Positions 20,231 through 30,852 of a DNA stretch of 64,000 nt are shown here, piece after piece; the first letter of the stretch is position 1; each line of letters starts with the position of its first letter. Location of the stretch: NCBI GenBank assembly GCA_963796455.1, contig CAWCLO010000004.1:32001-96000 (forward strand), given 5' to 3'. A model generated the notes under the pieces. It did not search any database, had not been told where the DNA came from, and worked only from the letters and a program-made list of their open reading frames with translations. The translations under genes were made by a program, and so were the position numbers. Origin of the DNA: Candidatus Sulfomarinibacteraceae bacterium. Its GTDB lineage: Bacteria; Acidobacteriota; Thermoanaerobaculia; Thermoanaerobaculales; Sulfomarinibacteraceae.

Positions 20231-20745
20231 GTCGCTATCGCTATCGCTATCGCTATCGCTTCGATATCGGAATCGGCTGGACTGAGCTGGCTCGATGATT
20301 TCAAGGTGTCATCCTGAGCGACTTGCCCCGGCGTAGCTGTAGACGAAGCCGGAAGCGCCTGTGGCGCGAAGTCGAAGGATCTGCGGTCCGAGGGCGTTGC
20401 CTTCCATCCCACAGATCCTTCGACTACGCCCCGTGGGGGCTCCGCTCAGGATGACATTGGGAGGCGACGTTCGCGTGCGTGGGTGATCGGTGCCGGGTGG
20501 TACTTCCTTCCGGGAACGGGAGCGGGAACGGCTAGGGCGGTCAGCCCTTTCGAGTGCGGGAATGCCGGATCCACCGGGGCCGTTCGATAGCGATTCCGAT
20601 ACCGATAGCGATAGCGAGAATGCCGAGCGGTCCTCAGTTCCCCCTCGTTCTCCTTTGCCCCTTTCTCCCTTTCCCCCTTTCTCCCTTTCCCCCTTTCTCC
20701 TACGTCCCTCTGCCTACGGCATCCAGCATCCAGCATCCAGCTCTC
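20231..20745. repeat. composite intergenic repeat island: (CGCTAT)n, cruciform 20307-20456, (GATAGC)n, (TTCTCCCT)n, (CAGCATC)n
   Basis: All components seen directly; order similar to 63294-63872. Confidence 0.85.
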
Positions 20746-20791
20746 AGCCTCCCGAGGAGGGACATGCGTAGAATAGGCACACGGAGGAAAG

Positions 20792-23164
20792 ATGATCCGT
20801 CGTGCCTGGTTCCTGCTCACAGCCTGTGGAGTCCTGCTCCTTCTGATCGGGGTGCTCGGTTTGGCAAATCTGCGGATGCGATCGGCATCCAGCCGCCTTC
20901 CGGAACGCGGTTCAGTGGTCGAGTCGATCCCCGGATGTCCGGCCCGCGTCGAGGTGGTCTTTGACGGGCGGGGAATACCGCACGTCAGTACCGGTAGTCC
21001 GTCGGCGCTGTGGTTCGCCCAGGGCTATCTGCACGCCCGCGACCGGTACTTTCAGATGGAGATGGCGCGCAGCACGGCATCGGGGCGCCTGGCCGAAATC
21101 TTTGGCGAATCTGCTTTGGATAACGACCGCAAAATGCGGGTCTTGCGTCTCGGTGCCACCGCCCGAAGGCAGGCGGCGCAGCTGATGGCGAGCGATCGTT
21201 CAGTTCTCGAGTCCTATTCCGATGGGGTCAACGCGGCGATCGCGCAATTTGGGCACTGGATCGCCCCCGAGATCTGGCTCCTGGGCATCGAACCCGAGCC
21301 CTGGGTCCCGGAAGATTCCCTCGCAATCTCACTTCTGATGCAGCTCGATCTCAGCTGGTCGATGGGGATGGAGTTGCGTCGCGGGCTCCAGATCCGGCGA
21401 CTCGGCCAGGAGCGCGCGACCGAGCTCTGGGGTTGGACTCCGCTTCAGATCAGGGATTGGATACCACCTGGCGACGCGATCAAGTATTCGTTCCGTGATC
21501 ACGAGCCGATCACCCATCCGACCGGAAGCATCGGATCGAACGCCTGGGCGATTGCGCCTGAGCGGACGGCGACGGGGCGGCCGCTGCTTGCCACCGATCC
21601 CCATCATGGCATCCAGATGCCCGGGGCTTTTTTTGCAATCCACCTCACTGGACCGGGCACCCACGTCGCGGGGCTTTCGGTGGCCGGGACACCGGGAGTG
21701 TTGATCGGCCACAACGAAAGCGTCGCTTGGGGTCTGACGATGTCGATGGTGGACGATCAGGATCTCTTTGTCCTCACCCTCGACGATAGCGGTACCCGTG
21801 AGTTGGTGGACGGACGCTGGCGACCGCTGCGGACGGTGACCGAGAACATCTACGTTCGCTGGCAGGAGAGTCCGGAACTCATCAAAATCCGCCTTTCCGT
21901 CCATGGGCCTATGGTTCGGGAACAGCGTGATGAGGTATTGGCCCTCGCTTGGACCGCGCTGAACGGACCCAGCTTGTTGCCGGCGGTGATGCGCATGTAC
22001 CGCACCACGACCGTGGGTCAGGCCGCGGAGGCATGGCGCGACGTTCTCAGCCCATCTATGAATCTGGTTGCCGCGGATACGACTGGCGACATCCTTCATC
22101 AGGTAGTCGGTCAGGTTCCGAAAAGGGAGGCGGGAGCCGGACGGCTACCGTCGCCGGGCTCGGACTCACGGTGGGCGTGGAAGGGCTTTCGGCCGATGGC
22201 TGAAAACCCGTCCCGGCTCAACCCGGAAGAAGGGTTCATCGCCTCGGCAAGTCAAGATCTCTTCGGCGAAGGTGAATACCCGGAACGTGAGCGATATCCC
22301 GCCGATTTTGCGCCTCCGTGGCGGTCCCGCAGGCTTCGCGAAGTCCTCGCAAAAAACGATCAGTGGACTGTGGCCGATTGTATGGCCCTGCAAACTGATG
22401 AAGTTTCGGGTCGAGCGATTGCGATGCTCAAAATCATGTGGCCCGATTTCAGTGAATACGAAGGTTTGGCAGTTGCGCGGCTGATGGAGTGGGACGCGGT
22501 CATGGATTCCGGATCCGACGGAGCGGCTCTCTACGCACGCCTGATGTTGGATCTGGGTCGTGCAGTCAGCGGTGACGAGGCACTCCGTGACGGGCTGGGT
22601 TCGCCGCCCCTCGGCCCGGAGGAGATCTTGAGGTTGCTGGCCGGCGGACTCGACGACAGCTGGTGGGATGATGTCGGTACCCAGAAGACGGAGAATCGAA
22701 GCGAAATTTTGGCAGGTGTTTTTTCCCGGCTCGACAACAAAGTGGGTTTCCCTTCGTGGGGTGAAATCCACACGGTGCACTTCCAACACCAGTTGACCGA
22801 AGCACCGGGTCTCGGGAGGATATTCAGCGACTCGTGGAACCGTGGTCCGTTTGCGGTTGGTGGCGGCAACGTGACAGTCAACGCCCACTCCTGGAATTCG
22901 GCGCGGCCGTTTGCGGTCACAGCGATCCCTGCTGCGAGGTTTGTTGCCGACGTCGGGAACTGGGACGACAGCGTTCTCGTGTTGCCGGTCGGACAGAGCG
23001 GTCGGCCCTGGTCGCCCCACTATGCCGATCAGATCGAAAGCTGGATCGCTGGTGAGCCGCTGAGCTTTGCATTCAGTGAGGCGGCGGTCACCGCCGCGGC
23101 GGTAGCACGCATGGAGCTCAGGCCCGGTCCGCGCGAAAAACTGCCCGAGGAGACCGAGCGGTGA
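20792..23164 (+). CDS. penicillin acylase family (Ntn hydrolase, S45) protein
   Basis: GIPHV, AQGYLHARDRYFQME, GRLAEIFG, GSNAWAI nucleophile, GQSGRPWSPHYADQ. Confidence 0.92.
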   Translation: MIRRAWFLLTACGVLLLLIGVLGLANLRMRSASSRLPERGSVVESIPGCPARVEVVFDGRGIPHVSTGSPSALWFAQGYLHARDRYFQMEMARSTASGRLAEIFGESALDNDRKMRVLRLGATARRQAAQLMASDRSVLESYSDGVNAAIAQFGHWIAPEIWLLGIEPEPWVPEDSLAISLLMQLDLSWSMGMELRRGLQIRRLGQERATELWGWTPLQIRDWIPPGDAIKYSFRDHEPITHPTGSIGSNAWAIAPERTATGRPLLATDPHHGIQMPGAFFAIHLTGPGTHVAGLSVAGTPGVLIGHNESVAWGLTMSMVDDQDLFVLTLDDSGTRELVDGRWRPLRTVTENIYVRWQESPELIKIRLSVHGPMVREQRDEVLALAWTALNGPSLLPAVMRMYRTTTVGQAAEAWRDVLSPSMNLVAADTTGDILHQVVGQVPKREAGAGRLPSPGSDSRWAWKGFRPMAENPSRLNPEEGFIASASQDLFGEGEYPERERYPADFAPPWRSRRLREVLAKNDQWTVADCMALQTDEVSGRAIAMLKIMWPDFSEYEGLAVARLMEWDAVMDSGSDGAALYARLMLDLGRAVSGDEALRDGLGSPPLGPEEILRLLAGGLDDSWWDDVGTQKTENRSEILAGVFSRLDNKVGFPSWGEIHTVHFQHQLTEAPGLGRIFSDSWNRGPFAVGGGNVTVNAHSWNSARPFAVTAIPAARFVADVGNWDDSVLVLPVGQSGRPWSPHYADQIESWIAGEPLSFAFSEAAVTAAAVARMELRPGPREKLPEETER

Positions 23165-23808
23165 TTCACCGCGAACACGATGCCGTGAGACTGGCAATTT
23201 CCTCATGTGGACCCCAACTCGAGGTGGCCCTTCGTGCCTCGTCCATGGGCGAGGTTTCCATGGTCCGTCTGGGTGCCGGCAAGCCCCGTTCAACCCTCGT
23301 TCTGGCTGCCGTGGATCTCTTGTTCGAAAATGCCGGACTCACCGCAGACGCGCTCGAGGAGGTCGTCATCTCACGGGGGCCGGGTTCCTTCACCGGCATC
23401 CGCGCCGGGTTGGCCACTGCCGCGGGTCTGGCGAGTGCTACCGGCGCCGTCTGTTTGGCATACGACTCATTGCTCATGCATGCCGCCCGATGTGACGCTC
23501 CCGCCTCGTTGTGGAGTGCACAGCCCGGGCGGCGAGGCGAGGTCTATGCCCGCAGGTTCGAACTCGCGTCAGACGAGCCCCCGAGCGGTGTCGAAGATAT
23601 CGAGATCCTCGCGGTGGCCGATCTTGCCGGCAGGGGACCGTGGGTCGCAGCGGAGGGCCTGGATCTCGGTCAGGCCGAGAGGGCGGTCGCCGCGCGGAGC
23701 GCCTCCGAAGCCCTGCTTTTGCTTGTCGAAGCGGGCGCTGAAACCCAGCCGGTGGAACCTCTCTATATCGAGGGCCCGCCGATCCACCGCGCGGGTGGTG
23801 GCAACTGA
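23161..23808 (+). CDS. tsaB: tRNA t6A biosynthesis protein TsaB
   Basis: GPGSFTGIRAG, RRGEVY, EPLYI. Confidence 0.88.
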   Translation: MIHREHDAVRLAISSCGPQLEVALRASSMGEVSMVRLGAGKPRSTLVLAAVDLLFENAGLTADALEEVVISRGPGSFTGIRAGLATAAGLASATGAVCLAYDSLLMHAARCDAPASLWSAQPGRRGEVYARRFELASDEPPSGVEDIEILAVADLAGRGPWVAAEGLDLGQAERAVAARSASEALLLLVEAGAETQPVEPLYIEGPPIHRAGGGN

Positions 23809-24271
23809 GGTGGCGGTGAGGTACGTGGTAAGACCACCTCAGGTGGGAGACGCGCGAAACCTGGCGGTGGCCGAGTTGGACTGCTTTTCCGATCCATGGC
23901 CGCCGCAGTTTTTTGTCTCCGAAATCCTGGCGGAAGGGCGATTCAACCGAATCCTCGAGGATTCAGCAGGTCAGCTGAAGGCCTATCTCTTTTGTGCATG
24001 GCAATACCTGGATCTGCACGTGCTCAAAGTGGCCAGCTTGCCGGCCTATCGCCGGATGGGGCTGTCGACCCGACTGATGACGCTCGCCGAGGAGCACACG
24101 ACGGAGACCGGTGGCGAAAGCCTGACCCTGGAGGTCCGGCCATCCAATGTGGCGGCAATCAGAATGTACGAGTCCCTCTGCTATGAATGTGCGGGAACTC
24201 GACCGCGCTACTACCAGGACGGTGAGGACGCGGTGATCATGACCAAGAGAATGAGGAATTCGGAGTTATGA
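23798..24271 (+). CDS. rimI: ribosomal protein S18-alanine N-acetyltransferase
   Basis: FSDPW, YRRMGL, LEVRPSN..AIRMY, RPRYYQDGEDAVIM; follows tsaB; start approximate. Confidence 0.88.
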   Translation: MATEVAVRYVVRPPQVGDARNLAVAELDCFSDPWPPQFFVSEILAEGRFNRILEDSAGQLKAYLFCAWQYLDLHVLKVASLPAYRRMGLSTRLMTLAEEHTTETGGESLTLEVRPSNVAAIRMYESLCYECAGTRPRYYQDGEDAVIMTKRMRNSEL

Positions 24272-24500
24272 GTTCGGAATTCGGAGGTGACGTTCGTGCG
24301 TGGCCGCAATTTTTCAGAGGTCGCGACGAGTCCTGACCGTCAAATGTCCGGAGACTGAGAACCAGACAGTGTGGTGCAGCCGTCCGGGCCGCGCGCGCAC
24401 ACCGCAAGAACCATTTTCATTCCTCTCAGAAGGATTTCCTCATTCCTCATTCCTCGTTCCTCATTCCGAACTCCGAACCCCGAAATCCGAACTCCGAACT
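24248..24500. repeat. inverted pair of 7-mer arrays (GAATGAG/GAATTCG ... CTCATTC/CGAACTC)
   Basis: Left arm 24248-24287 overlaps the rimI 3' end; right arm 24436-24500 abuts the fumC stop. Confidence 0.85.
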
Positions 24501-24503
24501 TCT

Positions 24504-25886
24504 TCAGGTCATTTCTTCCGGTCGCACGAGACGATCAAAATCTTCTTCGCTGAGGAGACCGAGTTCGACCGCGGCGGCTTTGAGTGTGATGCCCTCGGTA
24601 TGCGCCTTTTTTGCGATTTTCGCCGAGTTGTCGTAACCGATTTCCGGATTGAGGGCGGTGACCAACATGAGGCTTTTTTCGAGGTATTCGTCGGTCCTGT
24701 TCCGATTGGCCTCAATACCGGCCACACACTTGTCGGCAAAGCTGTTGCAGGCGTCTGCCAGGAGACGAATCGACTGCAGGAGATTGAAGATCATCATTGG
24801 TTTGAAGACATTGAGTTCGAGGTGGCCCGTCGCACCGCCGATCGCGATCGCGGTGTCGTTGCCGATCACCTGCGCCGCCACCATCGTCAGCGCCTCACTC
24901 TGGGTCGGGTTGACCTTGCCCGGCATGATGGACGAACCGGGCTCGTTCGCGGGGAGGGTGATTTCGCCGAGACCGCAACGCGGTCCAGATCCGAGAAGAC
25001 GGATGTCGTTACCGATTTTCATCAGCGAAACGGCGAGGGTTTTAAGCGTGCCGCTGGTCTGGACGATGGCGTCGTGGGCGGCCAGTGCCTCGAATGGGTT
25101 GTGAGCCGGGACAAACGGCAGTTCGGTCATGTCGGCAATGGCGGCGGCGGTCCGCGCGCCGAACTCCGGATGGGTGTTGAGGCCGGTGCCGACGGCCGTG
25201 CCGCCGATTGCGAGTTCATAAAGATCGGGAAGGCTCGTGTTGACCCGGTCGATGCCTTTGTCGAGCTGTTCACGATAGGCCGAAAACTCCTGTCCCAGGG
25301 TGATCGGAACAGCGTCCATGAGGTGGGTTCTGCCAATTTTGACCACATCAAAAAATCGGATCGCCGCGTCGTCGATGACATCTCGAAGATGGGTGAGAGC
25401 CGGCACGAGGCGGTGGACAATGGCCTCGACTGCCGCGATGTGCATGGCGGTGGGGAAGGTGTCGTTCGAAGACTGGCCGCAATTGACGTGATCATTCGGG
25501 TGGATGGGGTCTTTTGAGCCGACGATACCCCCCGCCATTTCGATGGCCCGGTTGGCAATGACCTCGTTGGCGTTCATATTGGTCTGGGTACCGCTCCCGG
25601 TCTGCCAGACGACCAGAGGGAAGTTGTCGTCCAGGATTCCTTCGATCACCTCTCTGGCGGCTCTTTCGATGAGATTGGCGCGTTCAGCATCCAATACGCC
25701 CAACTCGCTGTTGCTGTGCGCTGCCGCCAATTTGAGGATGCCCAGCGCTCGAATGATGCCCCGCGGCATCACTTCGTCGCCGATTTTGAAGTTTTCCAAC
25801 GATCGCTCGGTCTGGGCCCCCCAATAGCGATTGGCCGGCACGCTGACCTCGCCCATCGTGTCTTTTTCGACCCGTGTATCGGCCAT
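24504..25886 (-). CDS. fumC: fumarate hydratase class II
   Basis: [33 protein letters not shown]. Confidence 0.96.
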   Translation of the reverse strand: MADTRVEKDTMGEVSVPANRYWGAQTERSLENFKIGDEVMPRGIIRALGILKLAAAHSNSELGVLDAERANLIERAAREVIEGILDDNFPLVVWQTGSGTQTNMNANEVIANRAIEMAGGIVGSKDPIHPNDHVNCGQSSNDTFPTAMHIAAVEAIVHRLVPALTHLRDVIDDAAIRFFDVVKIGRTHLMDAVPITLGQEFSAYREQLDKGIDRVNTSLPDLYELAIGGTAVGTGLNTHPEFGARTAAAIADMTELPFVPAHNPFEALAAHDAIVQTSGTLKTLAVSLMKIGNDIRLLGSGPRCGLGEITLPANEPGSSIMPGKVNPTQSEALTMVAAQVIGNDTAIAIGGATGHLELNVFKPMMIFNLLQSIRLLADACNSFADKCVAGIEANRNRTDEYLEKSLMLVTALNPEIGYDNSAKIAKKAHTEGITLKAAAVELGLLSEEDFDRLVRPEEMT

Positions 25887-25988
25887 GATCATTCCTCCCG
25901 CCTTCTGTCCCTAAGGGTAACAGCGGATCGCGCCCAAATCGTTCCGGTTGAGTACGATATGGGGCTTTTTGGGCAATGGTTGTAGAAT

Positions 25989-27110
25989 ATGTATATGGGA
26001 TTGCTCGGAGAGATGCTTGTCGAGCGCGGTGCGATATCTGTGGAGCAGTTGCACACAGGTCTGGCGGCGTGCCGTCGCGGTGGCGCCCGTCTCGGGACCT
26101 ATCTGGTTGATTACGGTTTTATCGAAGAAGATTCGCTTCTCCAGGCCCTGGCGGAGCAGCATGGTGTGCCCTATGTTTCACAGCAGATGCTGCTCGAGTA
26201 TCTCGAGGGTGTCGATGCGGGCGTTCTGCCGAAATCGATGCTGCGCCGGTTGCGGGTGGTGCCTTTCAGGCTGATTCAGGACCGCATCCAGGTCGCGATG
26301 AGCAATCCAGGGGATGCACGGATCATCGACCGGATCGCAAATTTCACCCAGATGCATGTGGAGCCCTTTGTCGCGTCCGATCGAACGATTGAACTCGCGA
26401 TCGACCGGGCGAGGGACACGCCTCCAGCCGCCGGAGAAGATGCCGACCTTTTGACCGAGGTCGTGGCGGCGGAGGAGGACAAGCTCGAGTGGGACGATTT
26501 GTGGAAACCGCGCATGATTCCCGCGACACTGTTCAGGCATCACAGCCGGCCGCGAGCAGCCAAGATGGTCCACGTTGCGAGCTTTCCGAGCCTGGTGCCT
26601 GCCGGTTCGGATGGCGGCAAGTTGCGGGGCGCCATCACCGACAATCGTGAGCTTCTGAGGTTGTTCGGGTCGGCCACCACTGCCAGCGAAGTCGGCGAAA
26701 TCCTCGTTCACTACACGTCACAGCGCTGTGACCGGGTGTGTCTTTTTGCGGTGCACCACGGAAAGGTCTCTGGTTGGATGAGTCGGGGAATTCCTCTCGA
26801 TGCCGCTGATGTGCGGTCCTTCTCGATTTTTGCCGATGTTGCCTCGGTGTTCACCGAACTCGAGGAGCGCGACAGATACGCCGGACCGATGCCGGCCGGG
26901 GTGGTCAATGACGATCTCCTCCGGCTGCTGGGTCATCCGGAACCCACCGAGGTCCTGGTGGTCAGCCTCCCAATGAACGGACGCGCCAAGGGATACGTGA
27001 TGGCGGATCTCCCGACGCGGTCCGTCCCGGTTGCGATTCAGGACGAGCTGGTTTCTGCCGGGCGAGCGGCCGGAGAAACGCTGGCCGCAGTTCTGCGCGG
27101 TCGCGGGTGA
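25989..27110 (+). CDS. MshEN / GspE N-terminal domain protein without ATPase
   Basis: LLGEMLVERGAIS...RLGTYLVDYGFI tandem motif; VAMSNP; no Walker A. Confidence 0.8.
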   Translation: MYMGLLGEMLVERGAISVEQLHTGLAACRRGGARLGTYLVDYGFIEEDSLLQALAEQHGVPYVSQQMLLEYLEGVDAGVLPKSMLRRLRVVPFRLIQDRIQVAMSNPGDARIIDRIANFTQMHVEPFVASDRTIELAIDRARDTPPAAGEDADLLTEVVAAEEDKLEWDDLWKPRMIPATLFRHHSRPRAAKMVHVASFPSLVPAGSDGGKLRGAITDNRELLRLFGSATTASEVGEILVHYTSQRCDRVCLFAVHHGKVSGWMSRGIPLDAADVRSFSIFADVASVFTELEERDRYAGPMPAGVVNDDLLRLLGHPEPTEVLVVSLPMNGRAKGYVMADLPTRSVPVAIQDELVSAGRAAGETLAAVLRGRG

Positions 27111-27159
27111 AGCCCACCGACCCCGGGTTTCTTGGACCGGATCAAGATAAGATGGTTTC

Positions 27160-28269
27160 ATGAAGCGTCTGGGCGAGATTCTGCTCGATCGGGGGGCAAT
27201 CGCCATTGCCGAACTCCATACCGGGCTCGAGGCCTGCCACTACAGTGGCGGAAGGCTCGGTACCCAGCTCCTCAAATTCGGTTTTGTCGACGAGCACGCG
27301 TTGCTCGAGGCTTTGTCCGAACAGCTCAGTGTTCCCTCCGTCTCAACCGTGATCCTGCGTCGAGCTCCACTGGAGCTGCGGCAACTGATTCCTTTCCACG
27401 TCTCGAAGCGGATCCAGGCGATGGTCTTCGAACGCAAAGGAGGCACCCTCAACGTCGCGATGACGAGCCCGAGAAACCCGGCGGCGACCGAGGAGGTCGT
27501 GAGTTATGTGGGGATGGACATCACCCCCCATGTGGCGACCGAATCAGGGATTCTCTCGGCGCTCACCCAATTCCCGGAACAAACCGGCGAAGCTCCGAAA
27601 GAGCAGCCGCCGCAGGTATTTGACGGAGCCAATGAATGGCATCAATTGTGGGCTCCGGCCGCTCTGGACCCGGCCGCGCTGATCCGAACGAAGCAAAGCG
27701 TTCCCGGGAACGGACTCGCCATGGCAGCCACCTTTCCTGGTCTGATGCCGGTCCCGGACGGCACCTCGGTTCGAGCGGACGGCGCCCTGGACGAGGATGT
27801 TTTCAATTCGTTTTTGCGCGGGGTCGAACATCGGGATGAGATCGGTGACCTGCTCGTGCGCAGGGCCGTCAAACTGCTCAAGAGGTGTTGTGTTCTGGCT
27901 GTCCATTCCGGACATCTGGTGGGATGGCTGGGGCGCGGGCCGGGAGTCGTGTTGGACGATATCCAATCCTTCTCAGCGCCTACGGAATCGTCTGCCATCG
28001 TGAGCAAGTTGGAAGGCCTCGATTTTTATTGTGGAGCTGTCCCGATGGGTGCTGACAGCAGCGAACTCATCCGATTGCTTGGCAATCCTCAACCGGGCGA
28101 GGTGATCATCGTTCCGGTCACGGTCAAAAACCGGCGGGTGGCGTATCTCTTGGGTGATATCCCGGACTCCAGGGTGCCGAAAACCGCCCAGGCAGAGCTC
28201 CGCGAGGCAGCTCAGAAGGCGGGCCTGGCCTTCGAGATCTTGATCATGAAGCGGAAGATCCTGGCCTGA
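27160..28269 (+). CDS. MshEN / GspE N-terminal domain protein without ATPase (paralog)
   Basis: RLGEILLDRGAI...RLGTQLLKFGFV; colinear with the previous gene. Confidence 0.8.
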   Translation: MKRLGEILLDRGAIAIAELHTGLEACHYSGGRLGTQLLKFGFVDEHALLEALSEQLSVPSVSTVILRRAPLELRQLIPFHVSKRIQAMVFERKGGTLNVAMTSPRNPAATEEVVSYVGMDITPHVATESGILSALTQFPEQTGEAPKEQPPQVFDGANEWHQLWAPAALDPAALIRTKQSVPGNGLAMAATFPGLMPVPDGTSVRADGALDEDVFNSFLRGVEHRDEIGDLLVRRAVKLLKRCCVLAVHSGHLVGWLGRGPGVVLDDIQSFSAPTESSAIVSKLEGLDFYCGAVPMGADSSELIRLLGNPQPGEVIIVPVTVKNRRVAYLLGDIPDSRVPKTAQAELREAAQKAGLAFEILIMKRKILA

Positions 28270-28446
28270 CATCCGTCCGGGTACGGCCCTCCAGTCACTT
28301 CCAGTCATCAATCGGTATCGCTATCGAACGCTGGAGCCGGCGTTTTTTCGCTACCGACAAATCGATTGGATGCTGGTTGCACGGTTGCGCGACCGCGAAA
28401 ACAGACCGGTCCCGACAGGCGTATAATCCTCAGATTGGAGGTGCGA

Positions 28447-29331
28447 ATGGCCCAAATGGAGAGCTACACCGACACATTTGTGGAATTGATTCGGAGAGCT
28501 TCGACGGAGCTCCCTGCCGACGTAGTCAATGCCTTGCAGGAGGGACGCGCGGCCGAAGAGAGCGGTGGTCTCGCATCGCTGGCGCTCGATACGATTCTCA
28601 ACAACGTGGACATGGCCCGCGACGATTCGGCGCCCATCTGTCAGGACACCGGTACGCCGGTCGTTTGGATCCATCATCCGGTTGGAGTCAGCACCCGCGC
28701 ATTGAAGGAAGACTTCGTCGCGGCCGTTCGGCAGGCGACAAACAACAAGTTTCTGCGGCCGAATGCCGTCAATACCCTGACCGGAGCCAATACAGGTGAT
28801 GGCGCGGGACGCGGGATTCCCTTCCTCCATTTCGAGGAGTGGGATGAGGATCGAGTTGAAGTCAGGATGATCCTCAAGGGCGGAGGTTCCGAAAACGTCG
28901 GAACCCAGTACAAACTGCCGGACAGTGATCTGGGAGCCGGCCGTGATCTCGAAGGTGTGCGCCGTGCCGTGCTCGACGCCGTCGTGGATGCCCAGGGAAA
29001 GGGTTGTGCTCCCGGTATTCTGGGTGTTTGCATCGGAGGCGATCGGGTTTCTGCGTTTGAAACCTCGAAACGACAATTGTTGCGGCCGCTCGCAGATACC
29101 AACCCGATGCCCGAGTTGGCAGAGCTTGAAGAACGCCTTCTGCGAGAGGGCAACGAGCTCGGAGTCGGACCCATGGGTTTTGGTGGAAACACCACCCTGT
29201 TGGGGGTCAAGATCGGCGTGCTCGACCGTCTTCCGGCGTGTTACTTCGTGACCATCTCGTATATGTGCTGGGCGAGCCGCAAAGCGGGCGTCAGCATCGA
29301 TCAGGGGGGAGACGTGACATGGCTGAGCTGA
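28447..29331 (+). CDS. class I fumarate hydratase / tartrate dehydratase alpha subunit
   Basis: PICQDTG, KGGGSEN, GCAPG, GPMGFGG. Confidence 0.92.
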   Translation: MAQMESYTDTFVELIRRASTELPADVVNALQEGRAAEESGGLASLALDTILNNVDMARDDSAPICQDTGTPVVWIHHPVGVSTRALKEDFVAAVRQATNNKFLRPNAVNTLTGANTGDGAGRGIPFLHFEEWDEDRVEVRMILKGGGSENVGTQYKLPDSDLGAGRDLEGVRRAVLDAVVDAQGKGCAPGILGVCIGGDRVSAFETSKRQLLRPLADTNPMPELAELEERLLREGNELGVGPMGFGGNTTLLGVKIGVLDRLPACYFVTISYMCWASRKAGVSIDQGGDVTWLS

Positions 29332-29906
29332 AACTGCCGGTCAGCGAAGAAACTATCAGAGGCCTCGAGGTAGGAGACTTTGTCGAGCTCAGCGGGCGAA
29401 TGATCACCGGACGCGATGCGGCCCACAAATGGCTGATGGAGGATTTCCGGGAAGACGTCGCTCCGTTCATGAAAGATACGGTCATCTACCACTGCGGCCC
29501 TGTTGTTGCGGAAAACGATGACGGATCCTATGACTTCGTGGCTGCCGGTCCGACGACCTCGATCCGCGAGGAACCCTATCAGGCCGATGTCATCGGTCGA
29601 TATGGCCTGCGCGGAGTGATCGGCAAAGGTGGCATGAAGGACAGGACCCTCAAGGGGCTTGGAGAACACGGGGCCGTCTACCTGCATGCAGTCGGTGGGG
29701 CGGCGCAGGTTCTGGCGCGCGCCATCCCACGGGTCGAGCGGGTCTTCATGTTGGAAGAATTCGGTGTGCCCGAAGCACTGTGGGTGATCGAGGTCGAAAG
29801 ATTCCCGGTGATGGTAACCATGGATTCGCACGGCGGCTCGCTGCACGACGAGGTCGAGGAGCGGTCGAAGGCCAAGCTGCGGGAGTTGCTCGGATTCGGG
29901 ATCTAG
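29319..29906 (+). CDS. class I fumarate hydratase / tartrate dehydratase beta subunit
   Basis: GRDAAH, YHCGP, GPTTSIRE, IGKGGM, MDSHG. Confidence 0.92.
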   Translation: MAELKLPVSEETIRGLEVGDFVELSGRMITGRDAAHKWLMEDFREDVAPFMKDTVIYHCGPVVAENDDGSYDFVAAGPTTSIREEPYQADVIGRYGLRGVIGKGGMKDRTLKGLGEHGAVYLHAVGGAAQVLARAIPRVERVFMLEEFGVPEALWVIEVERFPVMVTMDSHGGSLHDEVEERSKAKLRELLGFGI

Positions 29907-29938
29907 CCGCCACCAAGGATCCAACCCAGGGAGCTGCC

Positions 29939-30316
29939 GTTCGGCACCGGCAGTTCGGCTTCAGTCTCGTCGAGGCGATGGCCGCACTCACCATTTTCGG
30001 GATGGCGGTGATCGTTGCGGCGAGTTTTCTCGACGTCCACATGAGCGCGGCGCGTCGGCTCGAGGCACGCGCCGATCTGGTTCGCGCAGCGGAGGCGACG
30101 CTCGAGAGCGTACGTGGCGGTGCCCTGCCGCTGGTTTCCGCCGGTGTCGATCTCGGTGAACAAATCCCACCCAAATCGTCGGTGACGATTTCAACCAGCA
30201 TCCTGGTCCTCCCCAAGCCGATTGAGGGACTCTATGAAATTCGGGTGGAATCGCGAGCCATGGTGCGCAGCGAAGAGATGGTGGTGACGATCTCGACCCA
30301 GGTGTGGCGGCCATGA
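29939..30316 (+). CDS. prepilin-type N-terminal cleavage/methylation protein (start codon uncertain)
   Basis: QFGFSLVEAMAALTIF type IV pilin-like leader; no ATG/GTG/TTG in frame just upstream. Confidence 0.65.
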   Translation, partial: VRHRQFGFSLVEAMAALTIFGMAVIVAASFLDVHMSAARRLEARADLVRAAEATLESVRGGALPLVSAGVDLGEQIPPKSSVTISTSILVLPKPIEGLYEIRVESRAMVRSEEMVVTISTQVWRP

Positions 30317-30852
30317 AAAGGTTTCGTCGATCGAACCGCGGCACCACGCTGGTGGAGTTGTTGGTCGTGCTGGCTCTGGTCAGCGCCATGGTGTTGGTTG
30401 CGTCCGCTCTCGTGATCCACTCGATCAAGCTCCTGGGAGCCACGGGCCGGTCGGTCCGCAATCCCCTGGTGGTCCACGTCACGAGTCGCCTGCGCAATGA
30501 CATCCAGGCTGCGGCCGGTGTCAGGAATCCCGAGGAATCATGGTCCGAGACACCCCTCGAGATCCGCACTCGCAACAACCGCATCTTGCGTTTTGAGGTG
30601 GTGAACGGAAATTTGATGCGCCGGAGTATCGGCCTCGATGGAAATTTGGAGGATGAGAGGCTGTTGCTTCGCGGCATCACGGCCTGGTGGTGGCAGACCC
30701 CAGTGCCGGGGGTTGTTGATCTTCGGGTCGGATATTTGATTTATCCGGGGACCGAGACGCAGGCGTCGCGCGATGTCGGTTATGCCAAGGAACGGCGGAC
30801 TGAAAACCTGCGTTTCGCGATCCGTGGTTATGGAGGGACCCGCCGGTGGTGA
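30313..30852 (+). CDS. prepilin-type protein (PulJ/PilW-like)
   Basis: RGTTLVELLVVLAL. Confidence 0.8.
   Translation: MKRFRRSNRGTTLVELLVVLALVSAMVLVASALVIHSIKLLGATGRSVRNPLVVHVTSRLRNDIQAAAGVRNPEESWSETPLEIRTRNNRILRFEVVNGNLMRRSIGLDGNLEDERLLLRGITAWWWQTPVPGVVDLRVGYLIYPGTETQASRDVGYAKERRTENLRFAIRGYGGTRRW

Noticed and set aside
28327..28348. Intrinsic terminator after the second MshEN gene
   Set aside because: Short stem with a wobble and a minimal loop; too weak to call.
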